The position numbers and the translations under genes were made by a program. From positions 1 to 64,000 of the IMG/VR virus record IMGVR_UViG_3300021490_000001: a DNA stretch of 64,000 nt; one strand, 5' to 3'. Of this stretch, positions 56,470-64,000 are shown piece after piece (within the stretch, counting starts at the first letter, position 1; each line of letters starts with the position of its first letter). This stretch comes from a virus. The notes under the pieces are model-generated. The model saw only the letters and a list, made by a program, of their open reading frames with translations. It made no database searches and was not told the origin of the DNA.

Positions 56470-56559
56470 TCACTTGCATGGTCCTAGTCTTCGTCCGCCT
56501 TTTCTTCTGCTTGGATATCTGCTTCTTTTTCTTGGACCTCTTCCATCTCTGTCTGGCAT
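56470..56559 (-). CDS. Tiny Arg-rich protein (DUF5320-like), MPDRDGRGPRKRSRYPSRRKGGRRLGPCK
   Basis: GAGGTGA SD and upstream TATA; MP..DG.GP...G.C pattern. Confidence 0.65.
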   Translation of the reverse strand: MPDRDGRGPRKRSRYPSRRKGGRRLGPCK

Positions 56560-56623
56560 AGTGTCACCTCTGCTTATCTTGAATGTTAATTATTGGTATA
56601 GTTTCTTTATATGTCTGTGTATC

Positions 56624-56744
56624 CTCTCAGAGTCCTTTCCTAAAAATTTGGGTGTGCTCAAGTGAGTTTGTACTCATTGGGTTTGTACTCCTTGGGTTTG
56701 TACTCTCAGAGACCATTCTTGAAATTTTGGTGTGCTCGACGAGT
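56624..56744. repeat. Direct repeats: 2x CTCTCAGAG...TTTGG(G)TGTGCTC and 3x GTTTGTACTC
   Basis: Read directly from sequence. Confidence 0.75.
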
Positions 56745-56819
56745 GACATATAGTAATAAGTAGAAAAAAGTTGACTGAATTCTGAGAGATGTATAGTCTA
56801 TAGTAAGTACATATCACAT

Positions 56820-57300
56820 TGCGCGCGCATGCATAGCGATCCATTGGTTCATTGGTTCCGTTGTTGTAGTGGGCATTGGCGCATTTAATTAATTCCAGGC
56901 GCTAAGGCGCTTAGTGAATGGGGGGACACCCCCCGTAACCCCCCCGATAAAAGTTGTCCTCAGCAAGTGTCTCGTTCGTGGTTAAGAGGTTGGTTCTCAC
57001 TTGATGCGTTGGTGAGTGAGAACCAATTTGCATTCATGAATGGGGCGGTGCTGAAAGCAGACCAGAGCCCGGGGCCCCTACCCCAAACTCTGGCAGAGCG
57101 GGCGCTAAAGACGCCCGCATATTTATCATCGGAGAGGGGCACCTTTAATTGAGGTTTGCGGTTGGCAGTTCTATTAAATATAAACCGCAAACCTCATTAA
57201 CCCATTCATTCATGCAAACTGCGCTCCGCTTGCCTCTATCTGGTAATCTCTCTCTCACAAAAAAAATTGGTGAGAGAGAGAGGTAAAAACCTCTCGGGAG
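56820..57300. other. GC-rich multi-hairpin non-coding region at the strand-divergence point (origin/terminus/ncRNA candidate)
   Basis: Stems 56990-57026, 57098-57118, 57150-57196, 57247-57281. Confidence 0.6.
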
Positions 57301-57309
57301 GTGTTCACC

Positions 57310-57411
57310 ATGAGTTTAAAACAGAAAACATATGAACTGCAGATGAAATTAATTCGTCTGCAAAAGGCGCACGCAATGCGTCACACAGATTATGAGCTGG
57401 AGGTTGATTAA
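57310..57411 (+). CDS. Small protein (33 aa, MSLKQKTYELQ...)
   Basis: GGAGGTG SD. Confidence 0.6.
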   Translation: MSLKQKTYELQMKLIRLQKAHAMRHTDYELEVD

Positions 57412-57412
57412 T

Positions 57413-58012
57413 ATGTTATCTCCACAGCAGAAGCTACAGAACAGGTTGAATTCACTTCTGCCTGATTTGAGGAAAACGACCAGGTTTAGCCCTGAGTCGA
57501 TCAGCTTCCTTCGGGTGGCTGTGCAGATGGGTGAACCGTCTGCTGTTCAGCGTGCGCTGGACAGGTTGGAAGCACTGGATGACTTTGTCATGGGTGCTAC
57601 TGGTCTGGCGCAAAAGGTGGAGAGTTTTACTTTGTATGACCTCCATCTAGACCGAATCGAAGCTGAAGCAGACTCGATAAGATCTGCTCTTCTTACCTCT
57701 CCTGAGAAGGCTCAGGCAGAGGCTGAGAAGGAAGACAGACTTCAGAAGATGTCTGGGTTGGATTATTCAGACATCTACGGACAAGAACCCTCATGGGAAC
57801 CTGTTGGAGCTACATCGAGAGCTCAGGCTTTCCGTCAGGGTAAACTCCAGTCTCGAACAGCTGAGCGGGACAGAGAGTTCACCGAGATGGAGATTATGCA
57901 TGAGCAGAGTCTGTTTGATTCTGCTTATCCGCATGAGACGCTTGCGGATAGAGAAGAGCGTCTCAAAAAGGAAGAAACTCCGACATTGGAGTCATTCCTA
58001 AGTTTCTTGTAG
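57413..58012 (+). CDS. Hypothetical early protein (start MLSPQQ)
   Basis: GGAGGT SD; followed by a T-rich terminator-like tract. Confidence 0.7.
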   Translation: MLSPQQKLQNRLNSLLPDLRKTTRFSPESISFLRVAVQMGEPSAVQRALDRLEALDDFVMGATGLAQKVESFTLYDLHLDRIEAEADSIRSALLTSPEKAQAEAEKEDRLQKMSGLDYSDIYGQEPSWEPVGATSRAQAFRQGKLQSRTAERDREFTEMEIMHEQSLFDSAYPHETLADREERLKKEETPTLESFLSFL

Positions 58013-58042
58013 GGCTTGTCCCTACTTTCTTTTTTTTTATAT

Positions 58043-58173
58043 TTAGGCGCTCTATGCAATTGGTGAGCGCGAATAAAGGCTTTTGGTGTACTGCACACGG
58101 AGGAGGTTGGTGTCCGCAAGGGCAAATAAAGTTTTCCCCTCCGGGTCGCTAGCGCTAAAACTTTATAAGCCCT
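58043..58173 (+). promoter_or_regulatory. Repeated early promoter module, copy 1 (BRE/TATA-like CGCTAAAACTTTATAAG inside an inverted repeat)
   Basis: Near-identical blocks at 58661-58803; ATAAAGTTTT/AAAACTTTAT inverted repeat. Confidence 0.7.
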
Positions 58174-58216
58174 TGCTCTTCCGTGTAGGGTTAAAGAAAG
58201 TCAGGAGGAGGTCTGA

Positions 58217-58507
58217 ATGAATATTAAATTTATACATAATTGGGGCGGAAAGCTGGATGCAAAGAAATTCACAACCATACGGAGAAATCCGTATTGGTTA
58301 GATAAACGTGGAGAGATTCATGTTTATCTAAAGGGAGAATATTATGCTAAAAGAGAACTCGTTGATGTTATTAGAGTTCCTTTTGGCACAATCGACAGGT
58401 CTGTTGTTGAAGCAGATACAGGACTGTCTTATGAAGCTTCTCTTAAGATTTTTGAGAGCTTCAGAATAAAAGAGGATACGATGGTTTGTATTCTCTTTTT
58501 TGAATAA
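58217..58507 (+). CDS. ASCH/PUA-like domain protein
   Basis: KFTTIRR motif; AGGAGGAGG SD. Confidence 0.55.
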   Translation: MNIKFIHNWGGKLDAKKFTTIRRNPYWLDKRGEIHVYLKGEYYAKRELVDVIRVPFGTIDRSVVEADTGLSYEASLKIFESFRIKEDTMVCILFFE

Positions 58508-58660
58508 CTTTTCTTTTTTTTTCTCCTGTGGAGGTCACCTTGACTTCCACTGGAAAAAAACGCGCCTGCCTTGGTTATATTGGGGAAGGCAGGCGCTCTA
58601 CACTTCCACAGGAAGTGAAGGTGCCAGCCAGTGTGACCTACATTTCCTGTGGAACTTGAG

Positions 58661-58803
58661 TTAGGCGCTCTATGCAATGGGTAAGCGCTTAACCTACCAA
58701 CCATACATACCTTACCTACCCATCGGAGATACACGTTGGTGAGCGGGATGAGGCATATAAAGTTTTCCCCTCCGGGTCGCTTCGCTAAAACTTTATTAGC
58801 CCC
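58661..58803 (+). promoter_or_regulatory. Repeated early promoter module, copy 2
   Basis: TTAGGCGCTCTATGCAAT and ATAAAGTTTTCCCCTCCGGGTCGCT..CGCTAAAACTTTAT shared with copy 1. Confidence 0.7.
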
Positions 58804-58885
58804 ACCCGCCAGGGAGAGCACATAACATTTAAGAATTAAATGTGTATGGTGTTTACTCACCCTCTGCACATTTAGATAAAGGAGG

Positions 58886-59107
58886 ATGAGTGATATGAGT
58901 GATATATTAGAAAATCTTCAGCACAATAACTATGGTTATTGTGATTGTGGATTGAGATTAACGCTTCTCGTAAGAGAGGCGGGTGTGTCTTCCACATACC
59001 CACAGGAGGGCTGGAAAGTGTACGATCATAAGGTGATGTGTTCTTCCTGTGATGTAGAAGAAATTAGGCACCTTGAAGAAGAAGGGTGGTATGTGGTAGG
59101 CTGGTAA
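58886..59107 (+). CDS. Small zinc-binding protein
   Basis: YCDCG...MCSSC; GGAGG SD. Confidence 0.6.
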   Translation: MSDMSDILENLQHNNYGYCDCGLRLTLLVREAGVSSTYPQEGWKVYDHKVMCSSCDVEEIRHLEEEGWYVVGW

Positions 59108-59117
59108 ATTTCCGTAG

Positions 59118-59477
59118 GTGAAAAAAATGAAAACAAAAACATTAGATGTTAAGAGTATAACGGTTAGCTATTTCCCTGTGGAGGAAATAACTGACATGCT
59201 AGAAAAGGTGAAAAAGGAAGTTTCACCTTTTTTGAAGGAACTTCCACGTTTTATTAATCAAGTGGAAGTTCAGATAAAAGGAACGAGCCCACAGATGGAA
59301 GCGTGGGCGAATGTTTCGATTAAACTGTATATATTCGATACGTCTAGAAATGAATATATCTCCGAGAAAAGCATAAACTGTAGATGGAGCTATAAACGGA
59401 AGATATCTAGAGATCTCTTCCTGAATGATATAGACTCCTTTGAAGGAGTCGAGTCATATTGTAAGAAGTTAGCTTAA
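59118..59477 (+). CDS. Hypothetical protein (start probably ATG 59127)
   Basis: AGGTGA SD. Confidence 0.6.
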   Translation: MKKMKTKTLDVKSITVSYFPVEEITDMLEKVKKEVSPFLKELPRFINQVEVQIKGTSPQMEAWANVSIKLYIFDTSRNEYISEKSINCRWSYKRKISRDLFLNDIDSFEGVESYCKKLA

Positions 59478-59497
59478 TCGATTAAGCAGTAACTCTA

Positions 59498-59675
59498 TTA
59501 GTATATAAGATAGTATATAGTATATAGTATGTATATGTTATGTATATGTTATGTATATGTTATGTATATGTTATGTATACAGTATATATAGTATATATAT
59601 AGTATGTATATATATAGTATGTATATATATAGTATGTATATATATAGTATGTATATATATAGTATGTATATAGTA
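59498..59675. repeat. AT-rich minisatellite: (TATGTATATGT)x4 then (ATATATATAGTATGT)x about 5
   Basis: Read directly from sequence. Confidence 0.9.
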
Positions 59676-59813
59676 CCTACCTTATAGAGTATGTCATACA
59701 TATAGGTAGAGTAGAGTAATGTTGAGGTGGGGGGTAACCCCCCACATTCTTGCGCTTATTGATGTACTCAGTAAATCGATAAGCATATAAAGATAATAGT
59801 ACACTTTTCTTGT

Positions 59814-60086
59814 ATGAATTCCAGAAAGACGCTTCAAATTGATGAAGACCTAAAAATGCGCTTTGATAAAATCAGAGGCAGTAGCGCCAACAGCAAAATG
59901 GCACTATTGCTGGATGTATACACTAAAAAGATAGCAGAAGAAGACAATGTATACAGATTAATCAATGCGCACATGATAGACTTAAAAGGACAGCTCAATT
60001 CATATCACAAAGATATTAAATCCTTAAGTGAGAGGATATACCAACTAGAACAAAACATTAGAGGTAAAATAGAAATGTTAAGATAG
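59814..60086 (+). CDS. Ribbon-helix-helix-like plus coiled-coil protein, paralog 1
   Basis: KTLQIDEDLKMRFDKIRG.S.N.KM..LL. Confidence 0.6.
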   Translation: MNSRKTLQIDEDLKMRFDKIRGSSANSKMALLLDVYTKKIAEEDNVYRLINAHMIDLKGQLNSYHKDIKSLSERIYQLEQNIRGKIEMLR

Positions 60087-60162
60087 CTATAAACCCTTGC
60101 GCTTATGCAAGTAGTAATACCAAATCGATAGCTATATAAAGAATTAGTATTAAAATATAGAC

Positions 60163-60450
60163 ATGGTTATTCAAAAACACATAGTAGTCTCTGAAACGAT
60201 CTGGAATTCATTTCAGAAAATCAGAGGCAAGAGCCACAATGACAAAATGCTCAATTTGCTAAATAGTACTACCAAAACAGTAGCAAAGGAAGAGATTATT
60301 ACTAAATTATTAACTGATCATATGGAAGACATTAAAACAATCCTTGAAAGGCAAAATAATATCATAGAATCTCAAGCTAGAGACATACAGAATTTTCTCG
60401 ATAAAGCTGGATCTTTAATGAGCTATATCGAGAATCATACTGGATATTAG
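60163..60450 (+). CDS. Ribbon-helix-helix-like plus coiled-coil protein, paralog 2
   Basis: KHIVVSETIWNSFQKIRG.S.N.KM..LL; duplicated upstream promoter. Confidence 0.6.
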   Translation: MVIQKHIVVSETIWNSFQKIRGKSHNDKMLNLLNSTTKTVAKEEIITKLLTDHMEDIKTILERQNNIIESQARDIQNFLDKAGSLMSYIENHTGY

Positions 60451-60642
60451 ATACATTATGCTCTCAGACCTCCTGAGAGGCTTGTAGTTAAACGATCAGG
60501 TTTCTAGGTATAAATACCTACCTTCCCCCCTGATCGTTCCTCTATGAGCTCCTATGGAGGTTATAGGTATATCCTCTACTCAATATACCTCTAGAGGATA
60601 TTTGATTTTTGGTAACACATACTGTTGTTTTCTATGGGTACT

Positions 60643-60820
60643 ACACTACGAAACGGAAGCAGTAGGACTTGTGTAGATATAATTAACTTATTTACATTAT
60701 GAAACGTAAGTAGGACTTGTAAATAGTGTAATTACCTTATCACATTACGAAACGTAGTAGGGCCTATGAATAATGTAACTAACAATTATTACAAAATGTA
60801 AAGTAATGGGATTTATAACT
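60643..60820. repeat. Degenerate 46-51 bp tandem repeat x3-4 (core ACATTACGAAACGTAAGTAGGACTTGT)
   Basis: Units start at about 60643, 60694, 60742, 60788. Confidence 0.7.
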
Positions 60821-60866
60821 TTGCCAAATCGATAGTGGTTGGTTCAGTTGGGTAACTGGAGATCAA

Positions 60867-61004
60867 ATGAAACAAAAAGAATATCAAGGAGAGGAAAATC
60901 TGTTTCGATTTCTAGCTGAGATGACTTTCCTTGATGTGAATAAACTTAGAAGATATTACCGTGAATGGAACAATGTTAGTAACAATTTCAAGGAAAGTGA
61001 TTAA
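60867..61004 (+). CDS. Small hypothetical protein (45 aa)
   Basis: GGAGA SD; abuts next gene. Confidence 0.5.
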   Translation: MKQKEYQGEENLFRFLAEMTFLDVNKLRRYYREWNNVSNNFKESD

Positions 61005-61806
61005 ATGATAAACTGTGCTGTTAGAACTACGAGCAAAAAAGAGAGAGAACGAGTTGAACAGATATGTGCTCAATATGATATCTCCTGGGAGTTAGGTATT
61101 AAGCCACCGTCTGGAGTTTATAGTACTAAAAAAGCTGTATACTTTTGTATAGGACGGTTTCTTTCATATACGTATAAACTTAATGTAGCTAATAACAAAT
61201 ACATAAAAGCAAATAGGGAAGTTTATTCTTATGATGACTTTGTTTTCTACTTTGATAAATCGAAAATGAATGCTATGAAAGGATCTATTGTTCAAATTAA
61301 AACTGCAAATGAATTGTATAAAGTAGAAAGTGTTTGCTCTAAGTATAACATTTACTGGGATCACAATTATTGGCTAAGCAACAAATGGATAGCTGATGGG
61401 TTACATATCGACTTTAATTGTATAAACAAAGGTAAAGAATTTTATATCTGCATTGATAATGCATTGACATTTACTCTTTCAATTTCCACTGAAAATAAAG
61501 ACTTACCTATGTATTCAGTTAAAGAATTTGTAAAGAAATTTGATAAATTCTTGGAGAACAAAAGTGAACTGGACTAGTCTTAGTACTATGGACTATCTCT
61601 TTGGTAAGGAATTAAAAGATGAAGAAGCCAAAAAGATATTAGCAGGAAAAGCTTATCTATTCGGCTGGACTATATACAAGTAGATGATAACTAAAATGCA
61701 ACCTATCTATTCATGTTTATTCGAAGATATTCCGATGAAGTTCAAAACTGAAAAGTTTAAATTATCTGATAGTCTTTATGAATCTCATAAACAAAAACTA
61801 AATTAA
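61005..61806 (+). pseudogene. Decayed paralog of 62187-62789 (intact part 61005-61577, two internal domain copies)
   Basis: Continuation SWRTKVNW / DYLFGKEL...YK*MIT...EKFKLSDSL aligns to the paralog across two frameshifts and a TAG. Confidence 0.7.
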
Positions 61807-61830
61807 GACAATTAAAAATGAGGTGATAAA

Positions 61831-62136
61831 ATGGCAGTAAAAAAAAGTCTGTTTGATGAACTATACGATAAAGCAGACGAAATTGTAAAAAAACTGAAGA
61901 AACCATTAACAAAAAAGGGAATTAAAAGAAAATTTTCTGCAGCATACGATGATGCGGAAAATAACAAAATAGATGCAGAACTTAAACTGCAAGATTTAAG
62001 AAGCAAGTTTAATGACTTCGATGTAAATGCAATATTAGAGCAAAAAATAATCATCGAGGAGAATATTGCACTGCAAGAGAAACTAGAACAGGAATATGAA
62101 GAACTGTTCGGAAAGAAAATGCCAAAAAGCGAGTAA
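61831..62136 (+). CDS. Coiled-coil hypothetical protein
   Basis: GAGGTGA SD. Confidence 0.7.
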   Translation: MAVKKSLFDELYDKADEIVKKLKKPLTKKGIKRKFSAAYDDAENNKIDAELKLQDLRSKFNDFDVNAILEQKIIIEENIALQEKLEQEYEELFGKKMPKSE

Positions 62137-62186
62137 ATTGGGGGAACTTCCTCCCTAATTTTACTCCATTAAAGAATGGTGATACT

Positions 62187-62789
62187 ATGGAACATTGTAT
62201 TGTAAAAGTTGAGTCAGAAAACGAAGTAACTAAAGTCGTAGATATATGCTATAAAAATGGCGTAGAATGGCGTTCAAGAACAAAAGATTATATGCCATTT
62301 GATTTTAAGAAAGACAAAGAATGTTATTTGTTCGTTCAAAACACTATTATTTATGATATAAATGCTAAGAGTTATGCAATATGTAAATCCAAAAGAGATA
62401 AACAAAATATATACTCAGCCAAAGAATTTATTCGTAAGTTTGGTGAATCGAAATATAGAATCAAAACGAAAGAAGAATTCATTGAAGAGTTTGGTGAGAA
62501 TTGGAGATATCATGTAAATCTGACATTCACACCGAGCATGGATGAACTTTTTGGTATAAAATTAACAAATGATGAATATATTGAATTAGAACAAAAAGGA
62601 AATTGTTACATCCGACCTTGGTTTATAAGCAAGGATATGATAACTGAAGTGGATAAACCCATAAATCGTTGGGACAAAGCACGACTGTTTGAAACGATAA
62701 CAAAACCATTTAGATTAGAAAAAGAAAAATTCAAATTATCGGATAGTCTTTTTAAAAGAAAAAAGCCAAAACTAAATCAAGACAATTAA
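62187..62789 (+). CDS. Hypothetical viral protein
   Basis: GGTGA SD; YRIKTKEEFIEEFGENWR motif. Confidence 0.7.
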   Translation: MEHCIVKVESENEVTKVVDICYKNGVEWRSRTKDYMPFDFKKDKECYLFVQNTIIYDINAKSYAICKSKRDKQNIYSAKEFIRKFGESKYRIKTKEEFIEEFGENWRYHVNLTFTPSMDELFGIKLTNDEYIELEQKGNCYIRPWFISKDMITEVDKPINRWDKARLFETITKPFRLEKEKFKLSDSLFKRKKPKLNQDN

Positions 62790-62849
62790 ACCTGAATGTG
62801 AAATGAGTGGAAAGAAATGAATATAAGCAAATGACAAAAGGAATTAACT

Positions 62850-63017
62850 ATGATATGTCCAAATTGCGGAAAGGAGTATGAACCCATTCTTAAGCGCAAG
62901 CATCCAGAGATAAATATCTCAGATGAGTTTCCTGATGCCTTGCCAATCGAAAGGGAACAACTTATATCTGGCATCTGTTCAGATGATTGTTGGGATACTT
63001 GGATTATTGGAAAGTAA
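62850..63017 (+). CDS. Small zinc-finger protein (55 aa)
   Basis: CPNCG...EREQLISGICSDDCWD. Confidence 0.7.
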   Translation: MICPNCGKEYEPILKRKHPEINISDEFPDALPIEREQLISGICSDDCWDTWIIGK

Positions 63018-63024
63018 TTACCTC

Positions 63025-63146
63025 TGGCGAAAGATCGTACGACTTTGGGTGGTGCGTCCTTGCTGTCGAGATAAATGTGTGATCTGCATTTATTTGAAGG
63101 GACAGTAGGTTAAATGTGTTATAAAAAGACACCACACGATCCGCCA
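63025..63146 (+). ncRNA. Putative structured non-coding RNA / cis-regulatory element (strand assumed)
   Basis: Nested stems TGGCG/CGCCA, GATCGT/ACGATC, GTGGTG/CACCAC, CTGTC/GACAG, ATAAATG/CATTTAT. Confidence 0.5.
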
Positions 63147-63172
63147 ATAGAAAACAGTAGGAAGTAAAAATT

Positions 63173-63760
63173 ATGAAAATATTAATTTATCTAGTTGAAA
63201 CTTTACTTTTAATAACTGCATTCTGTTGTGGATATTACTGGTCAATCGAGAATCATGATCCTGAAATTCAGATAGAAACTGTAAATATATCTATAGAAAA
63301 CAAGACAGAGCTAAATCAATTGCAAAATCGAATTGCAGATGAAATCAAATTAAAAGAATACTATATATCTGAAGCTAAATACTATGAACTCAAATATTTA
63401 AGTGAAAATAAATTAGATAAGAACCCATTGTTTGAAGAAGTCTTTGCCTTTATTAAGAAAGATAAAACAGATCGAAATCTGTACTTAGACAAATCGAGAT
63501 ATGACTGTACACAATTTTCAAATACATTAATAAGAAATGCTTTCAAAGAGAATATATTAATGTGCGCTGTTGAAATAAACTATAACGAATCCAAAGGACA
63601 TATGATAGTAGCTGTGAATACTTCAGATAGGGGTTTGATTTACATTGAACCTCAAACAGATAAAATCGTTGAACTAACTTTTGGAAAAAATAAATGGATG
63701 AACCATGAACCAGAAGTAATTGGATGGGATAGTTGCTTTGAAAGAAAATTCAAAAGGTAA
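63173..63760 (+). CDS. Membrane-anchored transglutaminase/papain-like cysteine peptidase
   Basis: N-terminal TM; YDCTQFS...GHMIVAV...IYIEPQTD (Cys-His-acid triad). Confidence 0.75.
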   Translation: MKILIYLVETLLLITAFCCGYYWSIENHDPEIQIETVNISIENKTELNQLQNRIADEIKLKEYYISEAKYYELKYLSENKLDKNPLFEEVFAFIKKDKTDRNLYLDKSRYDCTQFSNTLIRNAFKENILMCAVEINYNESKGHMIVAVNTSDRGLIYIEPQTDKIVELTFGKNKWMNHEPEVIGWDSCFERKFKR

Positions 63761-63765
63761 AGCTT

Positions 63766-64000
63766 ATGGAAATTAATGGATATAGAATTGATTTCGATAA
63801 ATCACTAGAGATGCACAAGAAAGATGCTATTGAACAGATCACTGAAGTAATTAAAGAACATGAAAAGTGGATACAACAAAATAAAAGCAAGACAATAGAA
63901 CTAACTGAAGCGCAATTAAAAAAGCTACTTGCTGATATCGAATCTGCTCTCGTCTTTAATGATTATTATATTTATGCTCCAGAAGAAATCAAAGGAATAA
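63766..64000 (+). CDS. Hypothetical protein, truncated by window edge
   Basis: ATG 63766 after AAGGT; open to the end. Confidence 0.55.
   Translation, partial: MEINGYRIDFDKSLEMHKKDAIEQITEVIKEHEKWIQQNKSKTIELTEAQLKKLLADIESALVFNDYYIYAPEEIKGI

Larger units (their letters stand above)
1..64000. mobile_element. Segment of an archaeal tailed virus (Caudoviricetes, siphovirus-like)
   Basis: Portal, prohead protease, scaffold, HK97-like capsid, tail tube, chaperone and tape measure are present, with no sheath. GGTGA SD motifs, TATA-like promoters, no cellular housekeeping genes. Confidence 0.9.

Noticed and set aside
56960-57190. ORFs 56960-57190 (-) and 56967-57152 (+)
   Set aside because: No SD, atypical composition, coincide with hairpins; better explained as non-coding structure
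58429-58869. 146-aa - strand ORF
   Set aside because: Runs antisense across promoter repeats and palindromes in a GC-richer spacer; no motifs
59498-60820. CRISPR array
   Set aside because: Repeats are tandem or degenerate without unique spacers of constant length; no cas genes
61575-61683. Amber (TAG) recoding or pyrrolysine readthrough
   Set aside because: The in-frame TAG co-occurs with frameshifts, and intact genes (GATase, RadC, MCP, polyprotein neighbours) end normally at TAG or other stops
1-64000. Integrated provirus boundaries or host chromosome
   Set aside because: No integrase, att repeat pair or cellular housekeeping genes seen in the window

Overview
AT-rich segment of an archaeal head-tail (siphovirus-like, HK97-fold) virus genome. 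The archaeal assignment rests on GGTGA Shine-Dalgarno motifs, TATA/BRE-like promoters and archaeal-type surface proteins; the exact host cannot be determined. There are two transcriptional arms. A + strand early/accessory arm (57.3-64 kb and 1-14.3 kb) encodes an amidoligase, a class II glutamine amidotransferase, SWIM proteins, a Tad2/DUF2829-like protein, a Rad52-like protein, a 2-hydroxyacid dehydrogenase, a WG-repeat protein, RadC/JAB and a tRNA-like element, plus several frameshifted genes. A - strand late arm (56.6 to 14.3 kb) encodes the tail module, then portal, protease, scaffold and capsid, a glycosylation cluster and large beta-helix/adhesin proteins. The arms diverge at a repeat- and hairpin-rich control region (55.9-60.8 kb). 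The strongest candidate for an undescribed system is the 1914-aa ORF in the prohead-protease position. It fuses two ATP-dependent ligase domains, a Pol-beta-type nucleotidyltransferase, two LigD 3'-phosphoesterase domains and a dead metallo-beta-lactamase fold to a C-terminal capsid maturation protease, with a recurring [KR][NDE]L[STQ] motif at several domain junctions. This suggests a self-processing, capsid-packaged nucleic-acid end-repair kit. Also notable are two giant, sequon-rich proteins with N-terminal hydrophobic segments in the virion operon, and the absence of a recognisable large terminase, polymerase or integrase in the window. All protein calls are by motif recognition, not database search.
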